Source of the DNA: Cyanophora paradoxa CCMP329
Lineage: Eukaryota > Plantae > Glaucophyta
Assembly (NCBI GenBank): GCA_004431415.1
Contig: QPMI01000214.1
Coordinates: 87,651-151,650 of the forward strand
DNA length: 64,000 nucleotides
Direction: 5' to 3'
Below the pieces are notes generated by a model. The model did not search any database, had not been told where the DNA came from, and saw only the letters and a program-made list of their open reading frames with translations. The stretch's first letter is position 1. The number at the start of each line of letters is the position of its first letter. A program made the translations under genes and the position numbers. Shown in pieces: positions 24,752 through 38,100 of this stretch.

Positions 24752-25175
24752 TGCCCCTCACCCTGACGCCTCGCCGCTTCTCGGGCAGGGGGAGGGGGTG
24801 CGGGAGGTGGCGGCGGGGGCGTGGGAGCGGGCCCCGCTCGCTTCCCTCTTCGCCTACCGCCTGCTGGCGAACGGGCGGGCGCTGCTCTACTTTTATTTGA
24901 TCATCCTATACGATATGGCCGCTGTCTATGTTACACTGTGCCCGCGCCGGCCCGCCCCGCCCCATGCCGAGCGCGGGTGACGGGGGCGCGGGGGCAGGAC
25001 GCTGGTGCGGGTGCTCCTCTCGTGGCTGGTCTCCGTGGGGCTCTGCCTGCTGGCGCCTGGCCTGGTGGGGACGCCCCCGGAGGAGCGCGCCGCAGTGCTC
25101 GCCCCCCGTGCCCTCGCCCTCAAGGCCGCCGGCTCCCTCTGCATCCTCGCCGCCCTCCTCGCGGCCCCCCGCTGA
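22843..25175 (+). CDS. Multipass membrane protein (possibly DMT/EamA-like topology)
   Basis: Two clusters of hydrophobic segments (LLGLTTVSAVQVMVLLALA, LLLNGLLNIVYYWAEIEL, LGLVLIVCSAL; LAVLVPFFAL|SFSYCLWFV, LLPLYIVPFLY, LLYFYLIILY, VLLSWLVSVGLCLL, GSLCILAALL) around a hydrophilic loop; TGA at 25173-25175. Confidence 0.65.
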
Positions 25176-25369
25176 TCGTGAGAGAGGGCCGCCCTTCCCG
25201 GGCACCGCGCGGTGTGCGGTACATGATTCATGATCATGAGCGCGTCTCTTGCATTGAATCGCGACACGTACGCGTACGTGTGGTGCTCGCTAGCTGTCTA
25301 ACTAGCAGCACATCGGTGATCATGATCTACGCCGAAATTGAAACTTTCGAAATTTTGAGCTTTAAAATT

Positions 25370-25780
25370 TAGAGACCGACCGTCGGACTCGGCGAGATCG
25401 GGTTTTAATTTGCTTTCTGGGTCGAGCCCGGGGCGGCCTCAGAGTGCTCTCAGAGTCTAGATCTTGCAAGCTCCGGACTAGGGCTCGGGTTTGAAGCGCA
25501 CTGAACGTACCACGGTGAAACTTTGAAATCAAACTTGAAAATTCAATGATTCCGGGTCCGACGGTCGACGCCCGTCAAATGCCCGACCGTCGGACGGTCA
25601 ACGTCACCGAGTCAAATCCCGTACGCGTCACGGCGTCTAACTTGGCAATCCCTCAAGTCATGATCAACCCCGTCAACCGTTGAACGTTAACTGAGTCACA
25701 CACGCCGCCGGCGTTCAACCCTCAGCTGCAGGGCTCATGATCATGTAAGCTCAGCCCTGGCAGGGCACGCCGTGACGCCA
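25370..25780. other. Dense cluster of X-C-rc(X)-G-X palindromic micro-insertions (putative transposon footprints)
   Basis: Exact motifs start at 25378 (X=GAC), 25448 (TCT), 25518 (AAA), 25556 (GTC), 25585 (GAC), 25626 (CGT), 25675 (AAC), 25767 (ACG). Confidence 0.85.
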
Positions 25781-26182
25781 AATTCGAACTTGGAATCACA
25801 CGCGATGTTAATCGCCATGAGCGCGTCTCTTTTATTGGCCACGAGCAAAGCCGGATCAGACACGAGCACAACAGATTGGCGCGCAACAGATCGGAGCGCT
25901 CTCCTCACATCCTTCAAAAAAAAAAGAGAAACCAAATAAATTCTATGCAATGCGCAACTCAATCGACAAAGGGGATGACACGCGGCCTCAGGGCCTTGAC
26001 GTACATGCACACTGTGATACACTGGACAACCTACATTATGCGCACCCGGCGGTACCCGGCCGCGGTTGCTGGTCTACGCTGTGAGACTCATGAGAAGGGA
26101 ACGAGCCTTTCGGCTCACAATGTTGACGCTATCTTCGTCGGATTCGGAAAGATCGCTCTGGGAAAGGCCACGGGATGAACGG

Positions 26183-29100
26183 TTAGGCGGCCTGGGTGCG
26201 GGGGGCGGCCTTGGAGGAGGGTGCGGGGGCCGGGAGGGGCGCGGCGGGGGCGGCGTGGGCGTGGGCGACGGCGTACTCGCCCGAGTGGGCGATGGAGACG
26301 GCGACGGCGGCGAGGCCGCAGGCGGCGGCGAGCTCGGCGGCCGCCCCGTGGAGGCGCACGCCGGGGCCCCCGACGGCCCGCGAGGACCTCGATCTCGCGC
26401 AGCGGGGCCGCCGAGCCGCGCAGGCCCTTGTTCGCCGGCGTCGCGGGGGCCGCCTCGGAAGCCGCCCCGAGGGCCTTGACGACGGCCTCCTTGGCGGCCC
26501 AGCGGCCGGCGAGGGAGGAGGCGGGGTCGGGCTGGCGGGCGCAGTGGGCGAGCTCGGCGGGGGTGAAGTTGCGCTCGAGGAAGAGGTCGCCGGCGGGGCG
26601 CCCGCGGAAGAGGCCGATCTCCTCCACGTCCACCCCACGAAGGCCCCGCCGGCGCCGCCCCCGCCCCGCCGCCTCCGCCGCGCTCTGCAGCCCCGCCCGC
26701 CCGCCGCCGGCACCGCGTGGCCGGCCTGCCCCCGCCGCGTCAGCCGCTGGGGCGGGCGGGGCGGGGCGGGGCGGGGCGGGGCGGACGGGCTGGAGGGCGG
26801 CGTGGGGCACGTGGTAGGTGAGGGGCCCGGGGACGGCGAGGCGCGCGCCCGCGGGTCCAGCAGCACCGCGTGCTGCCCCCACGTCAGGCCCGCCCCCGCA
26901 CGCCCCGCGCCCCCGCACGCCCCGCCCGCCCCGCCCTGCTGCACCCAAGCCGCCCACGCTGCGCGCTAGAGGGCGGGGCGGCGAGGGCGGACCATGTCCT
27001 CGCTGGCGTAGGGGGCGTCGCCCTTGACGGCGACGAAGGGGCGCTTGGCGGCGAGGACCTCGTGGTGGAAGCGGCGGGCGGCCGCGAGGCGCGCCTCCCG
27101 CTTGGCGGCGTACTCGGCGAGCGCCGCCGGCTCGAGGGCCCCCAGCACGTGCTCCGGGGAGACCACCAGCAGCGCCGCCCCCGCCTGCCAGACTCTGAGA
27201 GGGGCGCGGGGCGGCGGGGCAGGCGGGGCGGCGGGGCGGACCTGGCCGAAGCCGAAGGAGGTGAGCATGCCGGCGTGGATGGGGCGCTTCGCGGGCAGCC
27301 GCAGCGCGCGGTCGACGGTGAGGATGTTGGTGTAGGGGCGGAGCTCGGCGGCGACGTTGTCGGCGTTGCGGTTCGGGGGCACGACGTTCTCCGCCATCGC
27401 CTGCAGGAGCCCGTTGAGCATCCACGCGGCGGCGGCGCCCTTCGGGTGGCCCGTGAGGTGCTTCTGGCAGACAATGGGCACGGGGTGGCCCTCGCGCCGC
27501 CCCAGGTGGTCGAGCATCTCGTGCAGCACCATGAACTCGTTCTTCTCGTTCGCCTTGGTCGACGTCCCGTGCAGCGAGGCGAGCCCGATGTCGTCCGGCG
27601 TGAGGCCGAACTGCGCCAGGCCGGCCCGCATCGGCGCCGGGGCGCCGGCGGCGGCGTCGGCGCCCTCCTGCCAGGCGGCGGCGCTGCCGGCCATCTTGGC
27701 GGCGGCGCGCTCGATGCGCGCCGCGCGCTGCTCGACGGCGGCGGCGTCGGCGCCGGCCTCCTTCAAGGCGGCGGCGCGGTACGCCTCGGCGGCGGCGCGC
27801 CCGGCGGCGAGGGCGGCGCGGCGCTCGGCGAGAGACGGGAGGGGGATGCGGCCGCCGGGGTGCTCCTCCTTGGCGAAGGACATGATGCCGCAGCCGGGGG
27901 CCGGCACGGACTTGCCCTGGCGGTCGGAGGCGGTGCGCGCGAAGGCGACGACGCCGTAGATGGGCGCCCCGATGCGGATCGCCAGGTCCGCCGTCATCAG
28001 CACCTGCCCGCCCCGCCCCGTCGGCGAGAGCTCTCACGCCGCGCCGCCCGGCGTGCGGAGGACTCGCGGGGGCCGCATGCAGAGGCCCTCTCTGAGGCGC
28101 TCCTCCGGCTTCCCTCGCGGGGCGGGGTTCGCGGGGCGGACCTGGGTGCCGGTGCCGTGGGACTCGACGAAGCCGGCGCGGGAGGAGGTCGTGGGGCGGG
28201 ACATCTCGCGCGGCTCGCGCCCCCGCGCGGCGTCCTCCACGCAGTTCACCGTCGCCTTCATCTGCGCGAACTCGTACGCCGTCTCCTCCGCGAAGTCTGC
28301 CCCAAGCCGCCCCGTCAGGCCCCTCCAGCCGCGGGGCAGAGGGCGCGCCGGTCTTCTCGCAGCAGGGAAAGGGGCGCGGCGGGGCGGGGCGGGGGCGCAC
28401 CGTCGTAGCCACCGACGAGCATGACCTTGGCCTTGCCCGAGAGGATCGTCTCCGCCCCGACCTCCACCGACTGGGCCGCCGTCGCGCACGCCCCCACGGG
28501 CGTCTTGATCGGGCCCGAGGCCGAGAGCAGCAGCATGTTGACCCAGGCGGGGACCGTGTTGATGAAGGTTTCCTGCAGCGTGTCGGCCGCCATCGTCTGC
28601 TCCATGCGGCGCTTGACGAAGATGTTCTGGAGGGCCTTGGCGCCGCCCATGCCGCCCCCGATGGCGTTGCCGACCTCGCTCGGGTGCACGTACTGGTAGA
28701 GCTCGTACGGGTCCGTCACTCCCGCCGACGCCAGCGCATCTGGTTACGTATACAATTCAAAACGTGCGAACTGACTTGGAGGAGACGGGACGCGGACCGA
28801 CGACGGCGACGAGGGTGTAGAGGCAGGTCGGCTCGACCTGGTCGACGATGTCCTTGGGGATGCCGTACGTCGCGGGGCTCCATCCGGTGGGGATCTGCCC
28901 CGCCACGAAGCGGTCGAAGGTGGTCGCCTTGGGGACGTAGAGGACGGCGCCGCGGTGGAGGCGGCAGAGGCAGCGGGCCTCGTCGCCCTCGCCCTCGACC
29001 CAGACCTCCGCCTTGTCGCCGTGCTGCCGGCGGAAGAGCTCCGCCTCCGCGGGGGAGGCGACCTCGAAGGGCGGCAGCTCCCGCTCGATGACCACCTGCC

Positions 29101-32100
29101 GCAGGAACTCCTTGTGGTTCGGCTGCCCCAGCCCCGTCAGCGGCGGCCCGGGGCGCGGCGCAGAGTGCGCTCGGGCCCGGGCAGGGAGGCTGTGCGCACG
29201 TCGACATGGACGACGTCGGGCTCGATGACGCGGATGCCGGTGTGCTCGAGGAAGTCGCGCTCGTACTTGCGGCCGACCTCGCTGTCGGTGAGGGGCTCCT
29301 TGGTCTTGGCGTCGAGCCAGCCGGTGTAGAAGCCGCGGGCGAGGGGCCCGTGGTGGTACTTGACCATCCCCATCGTGAAGGCGAGCTCGATGGCGGCCGC
29401 GAGGCCGAAGCGCCCGCTCCGCTCGTACTCCCACCGCACGCGGGCCGACCCGAAGGGCCCGACCTCGCCGAAGCCGGCGATGACGACCGTCTTCTCGAGG
29501 TCGACGAGGCCGCGCAGCTCGCGCAGCTGCTCCAGCCGCTCCGGCGAGGGCAGGCGGGGGAAGGAGGCCCACCAGGCCGGGCTCGCCTTCGGCTCGATCG
29601 CCGCCACGGGCCGCTTGGCGCCCTTCTCCTGCGTCGCGTCGGCCCACGCGGCGGCGAGGCCCTGGGAGCGCTCCGTGATCTCGCGCCGGGCGTTGCGCGC
29701 GAAGGCGGCGAGGTCGGGGATGCGCTCGAAGCCGCCCGAGAGGTCGGCCCAGACGGGCTCGTGCTCGGCGAGGGTCACCACGCGCGGGTGCAGGAGGCCC
29801 AGCAGGTTGAACGCCGTCTCCTTCGCCGAGAAGGTCCGGGCCCCCTCCTTCTCGAAGGCCGCCGCCGTCCAGTTGTTGGCGTTCATGAGGCCCGTGCCGC
29901 GCGTCCAGCCGATGACGGCGCCGGCGAGGGTGAGGTAGTCGCGCCAGCCCTCGGAGGCCCACTTCTCGAGGAGGACCTCGAGGCCGATCTTGGACTCGGA
30001 GTAGAGGCCGTCGCCCCCGAAGAGGCCGTGGTTCGGCGAGAGCGGGAGCACGACGTGCGCCGGCCGCGTGTTCACCCCGCGCTTCTCCTTCTCGTTCTTG
30101 ATGGCGCCCATCATCTGCGGGGGCCCGCGTTCGGGCGGGGGAGGGGGGAAGGGGGGAAGGGCGGGGCGGGCCGGGGCGGGGGCGACGCACGCGGACGGTG
30201 TTCGTGAGCATGACGCGGTGGGCGAGCTCGGAGCGGGCGTCGATCTTGCCGATGTCGCGCCCCGCCTCGGGCACGGCCGAGAAGGGGACGAAGTAGTCGA
30301 CGTCGGCCTTGAGCGTCTCGTAGACGTACGCGACGAGGTTCGCGCAGTCCTGCGAGGAGGCCCCGTTGAAGGGCACGACGATGAGCTCCGCCCCCGCCGC
30401 CCCGTGCTCGCGGAAGAGGGCCCGGAAGTGCTCGTGCTGCGCCGCCGTCATCCCGGGGCGGCCGCCCGAGGTGGCCCCCGTGGGGTCCGCGAAGCCGCCG
30501 GCGATGACGCGGGCGCCGGCGGCGAGCAGCGCCTTGACGAGCTCGGCGGCGATGGAGCCGCGGTCGCAGCCGTGCACCAGCGCCGTGCGGCCGCGGAAGG
30601 TCACGCCGGGGCTGGCGAGCTCGGCGAGGGCCTCGAGGAAGGTCGCGGTGCAGGCCGGCGAGTACTCCCGCTCCAGCGCCCCCGCCTCCTTGTGGCCCTC
30701 GCTCCGCCCGTGCCGCTTCAGGTAGAGCAGCGGCCGCGCGTGCTCGTCGGCCGCCCGCGCCCCGCCGCGCGCCATCTCCCGCACGTAGTCGCTGGCGTCG
30801 CAGATGCCGGGGCGCGGCACCTCCTCGTAGATGACCTTGCCGTCCTGCGTGATCTCCACCCGCGGCATCGTCGGCGTCGCGAAGTCCCGGAAGACCGGTG
30901 CCGGGCCCTTCGCCAGCTCCGTCAGCAGCTCCTCGAAGGCGGCGGCGGCGGCCGGCGCCCCCGCGCGGGTCGCCTCGTCGACGGCGGCGCGGGCGTAGGC
31001 GGCGAGCTCGGGGCAGGCGCGGTTGCGGAGGGAGTGGAGGCGGGCGAGGAGGGTGTCGCCGGCCATGTGCTCCCCGGCGACGAGCGCGTGGAAGAGCTCC
31101 AGCGCGTCGGCGCGCGCCCAGTTCCACGCGCTGTCGTACCGCCGCTCGCGGTTCGCGTCGAACATCGGCCGCACCGCGTCGATGTACTCCTGCCCGAACT
31201 CCTCCGCCGCCGCCCCCGCCAGCAGCGGGCCGGCCGCTGCCGCCGCCGCCTCGTGCCGCTCGCCCTTGCCGCCGCGCAGCTCCCGCAGGGCGTGCTCCAT
31301 GGCGCGGATCTGCGTGGCAAGCAGCTCCGCCTCGAGCTTCTTCATCGCGTCCAGCGCCTTGCTGTCCACCACCGCACCCGCCCCGCCGGCCGCCGCCCCG
31401 CCGGCCGCCCCGCCGGCCCCCGCGACGGGGACGCGGACGCCGTGGGCAGCGCCGTAGGCGTCGCAGACGGCGTCCCAGAAGGCGTTGGCGTCGGCCTCGG
31501 AGGCGAGGCGCGCCGGCGGCTCCATGGCGAGGGCGTGCAGCTGGACGGCCTGAGAGCGGCCCTCGCCCAGCAGCCGCCGCCCCGCCAGGTAGCCCTTCAC
31601 CTGCGCCGCCCCGTAGCCGGCCGGCATCTTGGCGGCGATCATGCGCGCCACCCAGGCCGAGGCGACGGTGCCGAGCCGCGCGTACGAGGCGAGCGCGGGG
31701 CGCGCGGCGAGCGAGTCGAGGCTCGCCTCGGCGGCGCCGTCGCCCGTCTGCCCCGCGAACTCCTTGTCGAGGTCGCCGACGATCTCGTTCTGGATGGCCG
31801 ACTTGCCCCCGCAGAAGTCCTTGATGCTCTTCGACCCGTCGCTGACCTCCCCGTACCCCTTCTTCAGCTTCATGCAGAGCGCCACCCGCACCACGTCCAC
31901 CGCCGCCACCGGCGCATCCGCCAGCGGCGACCCCGACGCCGCCACGACCGCCACCGGCGCCGCAGCCGCCGGGGCAGGGGCCGGCGCCGGGGCAGGGGCG
32001 GCAGGGGCGGGGGGCTTGGGGGCCGGGGGGCGGGGGCGGGCGGGGGCGAGAGCTGGGGGCTCTTGTGGACGGGGGCGTCGGAGGGGGCGACGTCGGGGAG

Positions 32101-35100
32101 GGCGTAGAGGATCGGGTCGCGCTCCGTGGTCGAGAGCAGCTCGGCGTCGCGCCCAATGCTCCCTAGCAGCAGCTTTGCCATCCCGCAGAGCGTCTTCGCC
32201 GGGCCGATCTCGACGACGCGCTCGGCGCCGTAGGCGGCGGGGGCGAAGAGGAACTCCTGGGTCTCGATCCAGCGGACGGGGGAGGCGAACTGGTAGGCCA
32301 TGCTCTCGATGAGCATCACCTTGGCGACGCCGTCGAGGCCGAGGCGCGCGACCTCGCCCTCCCACCCGGCCACCAGCTCCCGCAGCACGGGGCTCTCCGT
32401 CTCCCGCAGCATCGCCTCCGCGTACGCCTTGTCTGTCCGGAACGGCTTCCCCAGCAGGTTCGGCACGAAGCGCCCGTCCAGCGTCGACGCCCGCACCTGC
32501 CGCCCCGCGCGTGAGCCCGGCGGGGCGGGGGCATGGGCGGGGGAGGGGGCGACCTCGGTCATGCGGTCGAGGAGGATCTTGCGGAAGGTCGGCACGCCGG
32601 AGCGGAGGAGGCGGGAGTGGAAGGGCACGTCGATGCCGGGGAGGGGGACGGTCGCCTGCCCGCGCTCGGGCATGCCGTACGGGTCGGCGTCGTAGCGGGC
32701 CTTGACGGCGCCGAGGGCGGCGGCCGCCGCCGCCTGCATCTGCTCGGCGCCCTGCGGCGCCGCCCCCGCCTTCTTCATCGCGTCGAGGGCCACGCCGAGG
32801 GCCGCCACGCAGCGCCGCGTCCCCGCCGCCACGTACTGCGAGCCGCGCACTGGGGGCCGGGGGCGAGGTGAGGGGGGCGGGGGCGGCGGGGGGCGGGGGC
32901 GGGACCGTTGAAGTTGACGAGCTGGAGGAGCTCGGCGGCGGCGGCGCTGATGGCGGCGACGGTCCCCTCGAGGACGGCGTCGGTGCAGAACTTGCCGACG
33001 CGGGAGGGGTTCGCGGCGGCCATGGCGTAGGGGGAGCGGCCCTGTGCGTCCCGCACGACGGCGACCTGCATGGTGATGCCGCGCAGGAAGGTCGTCTCGA
33101 TGACGCCCTCGATGCGGAACGAGTTGACGACGCAGGAGAGGCAGCCGTACTCGCCGAGCGAGTGCCCGGCGAAGGCGAGGGTCTCGGGGAGGAGGGCCCC
33201 CTGCTTGAGCTCGGCGTAGACGGCCATGTCGTAGAGGAGGATGGCCGGCTGCTGGAACTGCGTCGCGAAGAGCAGGCCCTCGGGCGCCCGGTACGTGTAC
33301 GAGTTGGAGGCCTCCGTGAGGCCCGGGAAGAGCTCCGCCACCGCCCGCTTCTCCTCCCCCGGCACCGGCGCCTGGTACCGCGAGAGCTGCCCCCGCCCCG
33401 CCTCAGCCGCCGCCCCGGCGGGGCGGGGGCGGGCGGGCGGACCGTGAGGTAGTTCTCGCGGATGCGCTTGCCACGGGTGCCGCCGAAGTGGACGGTGAGC
33501 TCGGTCGGGTTGCGGCGGACGATGTCGAGGATGGAGAAGCCGTACTTGTCGCGGAGGTAGCGGTCGCCGCGGTCCCACACGGCCCGCGCCGCCCCCGAGG
33601 AGGCGTAGAGATCCATCCCCATGCCCACCCCCGCGCTCCCCTGGCCCGTGAAGACGTACGCCGTGCGGCGCTGCTCGATCTCGGCCTGCCCGCGCAGCAC
33701 GAGGCGGCCGTCGGCGGCCTTGAGCTCGATGTCGACGGCCATGAAGCCGCCGCGCATGCCGACGTGGCGGGCGGAGAGGGCGAGCTCGTCCCCGGCGACC
33801 AGCGTGTCGACGAAGGAGACGCGGTAGCGCCGGATGCGGTCCCCGCGCCCCACGCACACGTGCTGCTCCAGCAGCCGCCGCCCCTGCGCGCTCGTCCACA
33901 TCCCGTGCACGATCGGGCCCTCGAAGCCGACGAGCTCCGCGAAGAAGGGGTTGTTGTGGATCGGGTTGTGGTCCCGCGACGCCGCGCTGTACGGCGAGCT
34001 GCTGTGCGGCGCCCGCACCGTCGCCGCGCGCGAGAGCAGCGAGTAGCCGCCGCCGGGGAGGGGCTTGGGGGCGTCGGCGTTGGTGCCGGCGGCGCGGGCG
34101 AGGTAGCCGAGCACGGCGCTCGCCTCGCCCGACTCGTGCGCCACCTCCGCGACCACCGCCCCGCCGACGGCGTCGAGGACGCGGCCGGTGGAGAGGGAGT
34201 GGACGACGGTACCGCGGTGGGCGGGGCACCAGCAGCTCCGCTCGACAGTGCGCAGCTCGAAGACGAGCTCCGCGCCCTCCGTGACCGCCGCCCCCGGGAC
34301 GAGCTTGAGCCAGGGCTTGTCAGCGAGCACGGCGGCGGCGCGGGCGTCGGGGAGGGTGATCGCGGTGCGCCCCGCCTGCTCCTTGAAGTAGCGGGCCTTG
34401 GAGCCGTCGGGGCCGCAGCACGCCTCGGCCGCCGCCGTCGACGGCGCCTCGCGGACGAGGAAGGAGCTGCTGACCTCGACGGCGACGGCACCGGTGTCGG
34501 CGCGGACGAGGGCGCCGGCGACGGCGATGGTGAGGCCGAGGGAGGAGCGGGAGAACTCGGTGACGCGCATGGAGGAGGCGAGGCGGTCGCCCTCGCGTAG
34601 CGGCGCCGTGTCCCGCGCCGTGAAGTCGTTCGAGAGGTGGACGAGCTTGGCGAGGTCGAGCGCCGGCTCCCGCGCCTCCACCACGGGCGCCATCAGCGCC
34701 TCCCAGCCGGCCACCACCGCGAAGTCCAGCGGCGCCACCAGCCGCCCGCCCTCCTCCCGCGGCGTGTGCCCCACCGCCCGGCAGAAGCGCTCCACGTCGG
34801 CGCGTTGCACGGCGAAGGGGGCGCCGGGCTGGGCCCCCGCCGGGGGCGACCAGACGCGGCGGTAGAAGTCGGTGATGGCCTTGGAGCGGTTCTCCTGCAC
34901 CTCGAGGAGGGGCGCGTAGCCCATGCGCGGCCGCGTCTCGTACTCCAGCGTCAGCGGGATCGCCTCCGTCGCGCTCCCGCTCCCCGTGAGGCGCACGTGG
35001 TTGATCGTCACCGCGATGCGCCCGCTGTCCAGCAGCCGGGCCTCCACCGCCGGCGCCCCCGAGCACACGAAGCCCCTGCCCCCCGTCGGCCCCGAGCAGC

Positions 35101-38100
35101 GGCGCGGCGAGGGCGGGGCGGGGGCGCACGAGTGCGGGGCGGGGACCTCGGAGCCGGGGCTCGGGGGCAGGCCCCACTGGTCCCGCTTGTGCGTGTAGAG
35201 GGCGAAGACCGTCGGCCCGTTCCCGTTCTTGACCATGCGGCGGACCATGATGCCGGGGCGGGGCCGGAAGATGCGGGAGTAGGGGTTGGGGACGCGGCGG
35301 GCGCCGCGGACGAGGGCCGGGGCGTGGAGGAGGGCGTAGATCCAGGAGTCGCGCTCGCCGGCGATGAGGTCGAGCCAGGGGCCCGTCTCGGGCAGCTTCT
35401 CCGCCTCGGCGTCGGGCTGGATGGTCATCTCCACCGAGCTGCTGCGCGCCTCGCTGTCCTCCTTGTACGCCACCGACACCGCCGCGTGCTCCCCCCGCCG
35501 CTGCTGCTCCATCGCCAGCCGCGACGACGGCCGCCCCGACGGCGACGCCGGCACCCCCGCCCCGGACGCCGGGTAGAGGGTGACGCCGGCCCACGAGCCG
35601 CTGTTGTGGCGCTCGGGGTCCGAGGGGCCGTTGCGGGAGCGGGAGCGGGCGCCGGCGGGGTCCGGGGTGAGGGCGAGGGCGGAGGAGGAGCCGCCGGTGC
35701 GGGCGCCCATGAAGTGCGCGCACTGGTAGGCGTCGCTGCGGCGCGAGGCGGCGGCGACCTCGGCGTCGGCGTCGCAGTCGAGCTCGACGTCGAGCTCGAG
35801 GTCGGCCGCCGAGCGCGCCTTCTCGAGGATGTAGCCGTGGATCGAGTCCATGACGTCGCCGACGCGCTCCTCGGCCTTCTTGATGTAGCGCACCGCCACG
35901 GGGCCCATGAGGATCATCGTCCGCTCCACGTCCCGCCCCGGCACGCAGTCCAGGTCCTGCGAGTAGAAGAGCGAGTCCCGCTTGAACCAGACCTTGAGCT
36001 CCCCGTCCACCGCCGGGATGAAGTTGATCGGCTTCACCGCGAGGCCCGGCCGCCGGCAGATCTCCATGAAGTAGTCGCAGTCCTCCGCCACCACCGTCTG
36101 CCGGCCCCCCTGCGGTGAGCGGGGGCGGGCGGGGCGGGCGGGGCGGGGCAGACGTTGAGGCGGGCGTCGGGGCAGGCGTCAAGGGTGGCCTGAAGGGCGG
36201 CCGCGGGGGCCGCCTCCTCCCGCTCCATCGCCGCGATCCTCTCCGCCAGCCCCACCGCCCCCGCGTTGAAGCGCGCTGCCGTGCGGCGCAGCCAGTCCGC
36301 CCAGCGCGCCTTGTAGCTCCAGTCCACCCACTTGGTGCGCTCCGCGCCGGCGGCGGCGCTCGCCTTGGCGTCCACCACATGCATGAGCTGCAGCATGCGC
36401 TCCGCAACCTGCGGGGCGGGGCGGGTGAGCGGGGAGCAAGGGGAGGGAGCGGGGCGGGGCGGGCCTGGGCGTAGGTCATGTCGGCGAGCTCGCAGGCCCT
36501 GCCGTCGGGGGTGCAGCCGAAGACGACCTTCTGGAAGTCGGCGTTGATGCGCGCCGCGATGGCGTCCTTGCGCGCCCGCACGAGCTCCGCCTGCTTCTCC
36601 TTCGGCTGCGAGAAGACCTCGCGGTCGAGGTCCCGCCAGAGCCGCATCCCCCGCGTGTTGACGACGTGAATCGGCTCCCCCAGCTCCGACGTCACCGTGA
36701 TGATGCCCCCCGCCTCCCCCTCGTAGCTCTTCTCCCAGTCCGCCTCGTTCTCGATCCCCGGCGTCTGCGGCGGCGTGAGGCGAGAGCCGGGGAAGGCGAG
36801 GGTGGCGAGGGGAGCGGACGGCGGCGATGCGGGCCTTGGTCTCGGCCGGCGCGTCCATCTCAGCACACGCGCAGACGCGCGAGGCGAGCAGCACAGCGTC
36901 GAACGGCATCGGGGGGTACCCGAGCCGCGTCGACCACTCGCCGGAAAGCCACTGCCAGGCGGACTCGCCGTCGCCGACGCCGGAGCCGGCGACGAGGACG
37001 AGGTTCTCGCAGGAGCGCATCTTGGCGTAGGTGTAGAGCAGCGGCTCGTAGACGTCCTCGAAGGAGTGGTGCCCGCCGGCGCGCCCGCCCGTCCACTGCA
37101 GCAGCACCGTCGACTCCGGGTTCGCCTTCGCGATGTCCACCACCGCGCTGCCGGCCCGTCAGACCCCTCGACTCGAGACCTCGAATTTCAACCGCTCGTG
37201 CTCGTGCGTAGAGTTTTAGGCTGGATTGGAATGGGGCGGGGCGGGGCGGGGCGGGGCGGGGCGGGCGGACTTGATGGCGGAGACGGAGCCGGGCTTGAAG
37301 GCGACGTGGCGGGCGCCGCGCTGGCGGAGGGCGGCGAGGATCTCGGCGGCCTTGTCGGGCGACGGCACGCCCGCCCCGATGCAGATCCCGTCGATCGGGC
37401 ACAGCGCCGCCTCGCCCTCCTCCAGCGTCGAGAGCACCAGCGGGTACTGGAAGCCCCAGAGGTACTGGGCGGGGGGCGCTGTGAGGCGGGGCGCGGCAGG
37501 ACGAGCGCGGGCCCGGGAGGGGCGCACGGGGTCGAGGAAGAGGAGGTTGAGGGTGACGGCGTCGCCCGGCAGCAGCCGCCCCGCGAGCTCCCCGAGGGCG
37601 CCCCGCAGCTTCTCCGGCGTCTGGAGGCCGCCCCCGGCGAGCTCCACGTGGTACCCGGCCCGCAGCGCCGCCGCCACGGGGTTTACCCCCGTCGTGCTCG
37701 GCGTCATGCCCCCGATCTGCGCCCCGCGCCTTGAGCTCCCGTGCCGGGCCGGCGGGGGCGGGGGCGGGGGCGGACCATGAGCGGGGGCTTGCCGACGGCG
37801 CGGACGAACCTGGTGTCGAGGGCGACGGAGCCGTCGGGCAGGCGCACGACCTTGGGGGCGAAGAGGCGGCCCCAGTGCTGCGCGGCCGCCAGCGCGGGGA
37901 CGGGCTGCTGCGAGAGGATGGCGTTGCGGCCGGCCATCGACGCGCACGAGACGTAGGTGACCCCCGTGCCCCGCTTCTGGACCTCGGCGACGGAGCTCGA
38001 GCCGGGGCCGAAGTTGAGCAGGTGGGATACCTGCCCGGTGCCAGCAAGTTAAACGGAGGCGTGAATGCTCCAAAAATAAGCTCTGATAAACGGCGAACCC

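Noticed and set aside
26350-26400. Apparent frameshift in the FAS PPT domain (pseudogene or programmed frameshift)
   Set aside because: It falls in G/C homopolymer runs; array copies 4-5 show many similar single-base losses, pointing to long-read consensus errors.
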